Shown: in pieces, positions 61,101 to 64,000 of the stretch
Position numbering within the stretch: the first letter of the stretch is position 1
Layout: every line of letters starts with the position of its first letter
Assembly: GCA_965202585.1 (NCBI GenBank)
Contig: OZ241827.1
Coordinates: 77,872,001 to 77,936,000, forward strand
DNA length: 64,000 nt
Direction of reading: 5' to 3'
Source of the DNA: Thalia democratica
Lineage: Eukaryota
Translations under genes and position numbers: made by a program
Notes under the pieces: model-generated
Told to the model about the DNA's origin: nothing
Database searches by the model: none
What the model saw: the letters and a program-made list of their open reading frames with translations, nothing else

Positions 61101-62764
61101 TTTGTTTTATGTTTTCAAATTGAATAAGTATTTTTGACTCTCACTCGTTAAAATCTTACACATTAAAAAAACAACAATAAATGTTGTAAAGTGTAATTGA
61201 CACAATCCTTAAAAAACACATTCATTTTTGAGAAAGCAATTGATCAACTCAATCGATTTTTTGTCACCAGAGAATATCAATTTACTGCAGCTTATATCCG
61301 CCTCAAATATAAAATATTATACAAAAGATGTTGATTAATTGCTTTTTCATTTTAGTTTATCTCTTAATTGTATCAGTAAAGGCAACGCATTGCTGTTTTA
61401 TTGATTTTTATATACAGTTAATAGTTCAACTTTTATAAAAAAAAAGTTTAAAAAAATATTTTTCTAATTTTAAGCAGAAAGGATTTAAAATTTAAGAATA
61501 GTAAAAATAACCATTTATGGTTTGTTTAGGATTATTTTGAAAAAATTACAGGTAAAATTTTTGAAACTTAAACTTTTTAAGCTAAGAGTAACTAATGTAT
61601 TTGGTGAGCTTAAACCACAAAAATAAAAATAATAAATTAAACCAATATGAATTTAATTCAAATTATCCATTTACTCAGGTGGAAATGAAGATTTAATGTT
61701 CTTTTTGCATCCAAATAGTGGAAATTTGTATGTATTTGGTGAACCTGATGCTGAGAAAATAAATAAGTATCAATTAACCGTGCAAATCTCAAATGGACAA
61801 GCTACCAAATCAACACAAGTAATATACTTAGTTTAGATTTACTCAAATACTAAATGCATATTTTTTAGTGTTTAATAAATTAGAATTAAATTAATTTTTC
61901 TATAAAAGGTGTAGTATTTAATTACTTTTTAATTAAACTATATGTTTACAAAACAAAGTATGTGAAGAAAGACAAATTCTAACTCTTAGGTTACAATAGT
62001 AGTTGAAGATAAAAATGATAATCAACCACGATTTGATTTTCCGATAATTCGTATGAACTTAATGGAAAACGTCCCAATAAACAGTTTAGTGACAAAATTA
62101 TCAGCAAATGATGCAGATAGTCAAGCTTCGAACAGAAATTTCGTTTACAAATTAGTTGGTGCTGCAGACAGAAATAGTTTGGATAAATTTACTGTCACAT
62201 CAAACGGTTTGTTTTATTTTGTTGCTCATATATTTCTACTCAGCAGTAGTTTTATTTGAATATCTTAAACAGGTCACGTAAGAACATTAAGTAAATTGAA
62301 TCGGGAATGTCAAACTAAACATCATTTAATTGTTCAAGTCTCTGATCAAGGATCACCTGATCCATTTAAGGTTAAATATATTTAACTAATATTCCATTAT
62401 CTTTAATTATTTCTAATATTAAATAAAAATTTATTAGAAGTTCTAGATTGCAGACTTTATTTTTTTGTACATTTATATAGTATAAAACCATGTTTATTTA
62501 AGTAAATAATTAAAACAATTTTTTTACAGAACAACTGTTACGTCATAATTACTTTGAATGACGTGAACGAACATACCCCTGCTTTTACCAGTCAAAATTA
62601 CCGAGCCCAGTTTTTAATCGATGGTGAAAACCCTAGTTTGCCTGAAACCCAACAGGTGTATTGCATGATTGAAGGTAGCAAGTTAGGCGAAATTATTTTA
62701 CTTGTAGACGCAGTAGATGACAATATCGGTCGAAATGGTAAAATCACTTATTCTATTGTTAAAG
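46197..62764 (+). pseudogene. FAT1: Unit C: 5' part of another truncated, disabled Fat-like copy (continues beyond the window)
   Basis: Exons 46197-46316, 47503-48344, 52239-52416, 52710-52840, 57815-57882, 59400-59563, 59865-60015, 60215-about 60410 (donor deleted), 61679-61818, 61990-62206, 62273-62370, 62530-62764. C shares B lesions (TAA 48230, AG>AA acceptor, TGG-TGA). Private lesions are TGA 59544, TAG 60269, a 4-bp insertion near 60301 and a 90-bp deletion at 60410. Confidence 0.88.
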
Positions 62765-64000
62765 GTAAGTACTTATTACAGTAATTGTAAATATATATTT
62801 TTTAGAACTTTTTTTTTTATTATTAAAACAATTTTAAATCAATAGTTTGCTAACAAAATAAAAACTCTTAAAGTAAAATCACATTTTAAAATATCATATT
62901 TACTAAACATTAATTAAAAATTTTTTAGTTATAACAGTTAAAACTTTAATGTTTCATAATTAAAATAATACTAGATAAACTTAATTGTATATTTTTGTTT
63001 AAAGAATGTTCTTAAAGTTTTACTAATAAACATTATCATGAGCATTTTTTCAAAGTTTTTGGTTTTGAATAACAAAAGGCAATAGCACTTTTATAATTTT
63101 GTTTTCATAGCAAATATTTCGAATAATTCGATAAAAATAGTTTTATAACAAGCCAAACCAAACAGAATAATAAAATTATTTTGACTTTAATACCCTTTGT
63201 TTAAAGACCTCACCTCTATAATATTCTAATATTCAAAAAATAATGTTGGTCTTTTTAGTAAATGAAATCTTTAGTCGCTCCGCTGTATACAATGAGAAAA
63301 ATCAATCTTTTCTTTACGAACTTGCGCTATGAAGTTTATTTTCTTGTATTTTCGATTTTAAATAAAATTTTTTGCTCACTTCCAAAACACTTTCAATTTA
63401 TCCTAGACCGTATTTATTTTTATAAAATCTTTTTTTTTTCTAATGTACTAAATAATTTATAAAATTTATAAATGTAAACAATTAGTGAAGTATTTTTTTT
63501 CAAATTTAAAAAGTATTTGATACTAAAAATCTTGACAAAAAAGTTCGGAACTAAACAAATTGGTTTCCCTAGTAGCATTATGTAAAAAAAAAGAATAAGT
63601 GACAATTTTTTTGGTTCTAAGTTCTTTGAGGTAAAACTACTAATTTAAAAACTGACAATGAGTTAGAAACGCGTCAGGTTTTAGTATAACTGACAATTAG
63701 ATGTCACACATGACTTTGCCACTTTGTAATTACTTTATACTAACAAAAATTTTCAAAAGTTACATTAAAATTGAACATTTTAGCAATGCAAAATCATTTT
63801 TAGTTTCAGTTTGTTTGTTAGCTTTAGTTTTATGAAAAATTATGAAATGTTATGAAATTAGTTTTAAAATTAGGTTGACCTCAGTAAAGTTATACATTAT
63901 ATCAAATAGTTTCTTGAATTTTTAAATGTTTTGCAAAAGTTTAACCTAGATAAAGTACAAGATATCCGTACTTATTATAAAATAATGGTTTTTAGTCCTA

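Larger units (their letters stand above)
39781..64000 (+). repeat. Large direct segmental/tandem duplication, copy 2 (continues beyond the window)
   Basis: Colinear with 1-24273, including all exons, introns and the 3'UTR-to-decayed-cadherin junction. Confidence 0.97.

Overview
This is an AT-rich animal genomic window. It may be from a tunicate, a weak inference from the many TGACGTCA-derived DV/TS dipeptides in the exons. It holds one gene family only: a + strand, head-to-tail tandem array of a Fat1/2/3-type (Fat-like) protocadherin with a period of about 39.75 kb (1-24273 matches 39781-64000). Three units are visible. A (1-4989) is the intact 3' end: EGF, TM and cytoplasmic tail. B (about 6.4-44.8 kb) is 5'-truncated and runs from decayed early cadherin repeats through repeat 34, EGF, LamG, EGF, TM and ICD, with 50 exons traced from 12457 on. 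C (46.2 kb to the window end) is the 5' part of another truncated unit. B decays in a polar way: heavily at the 5' end, with scattered stops up to 26.9 kb, and essentially clean from there to the stop codon. B and C share old lesions and each also has private ones. A 1785-bp non-autonomous, composite hAT-like element with an 8-bp TSD sits in the LamG intron. The palindrome TGACGTCA is strongly enriched in exons and occurs in two reading frames. All exon calls, counts and vertebrate FAT1 comparisons were done by hand or from memory; no database was searched. The A/B versus B/C similarity could partly be uncollapsed haplotypes, but the decayed head-to-tail junction itself looks genuine.
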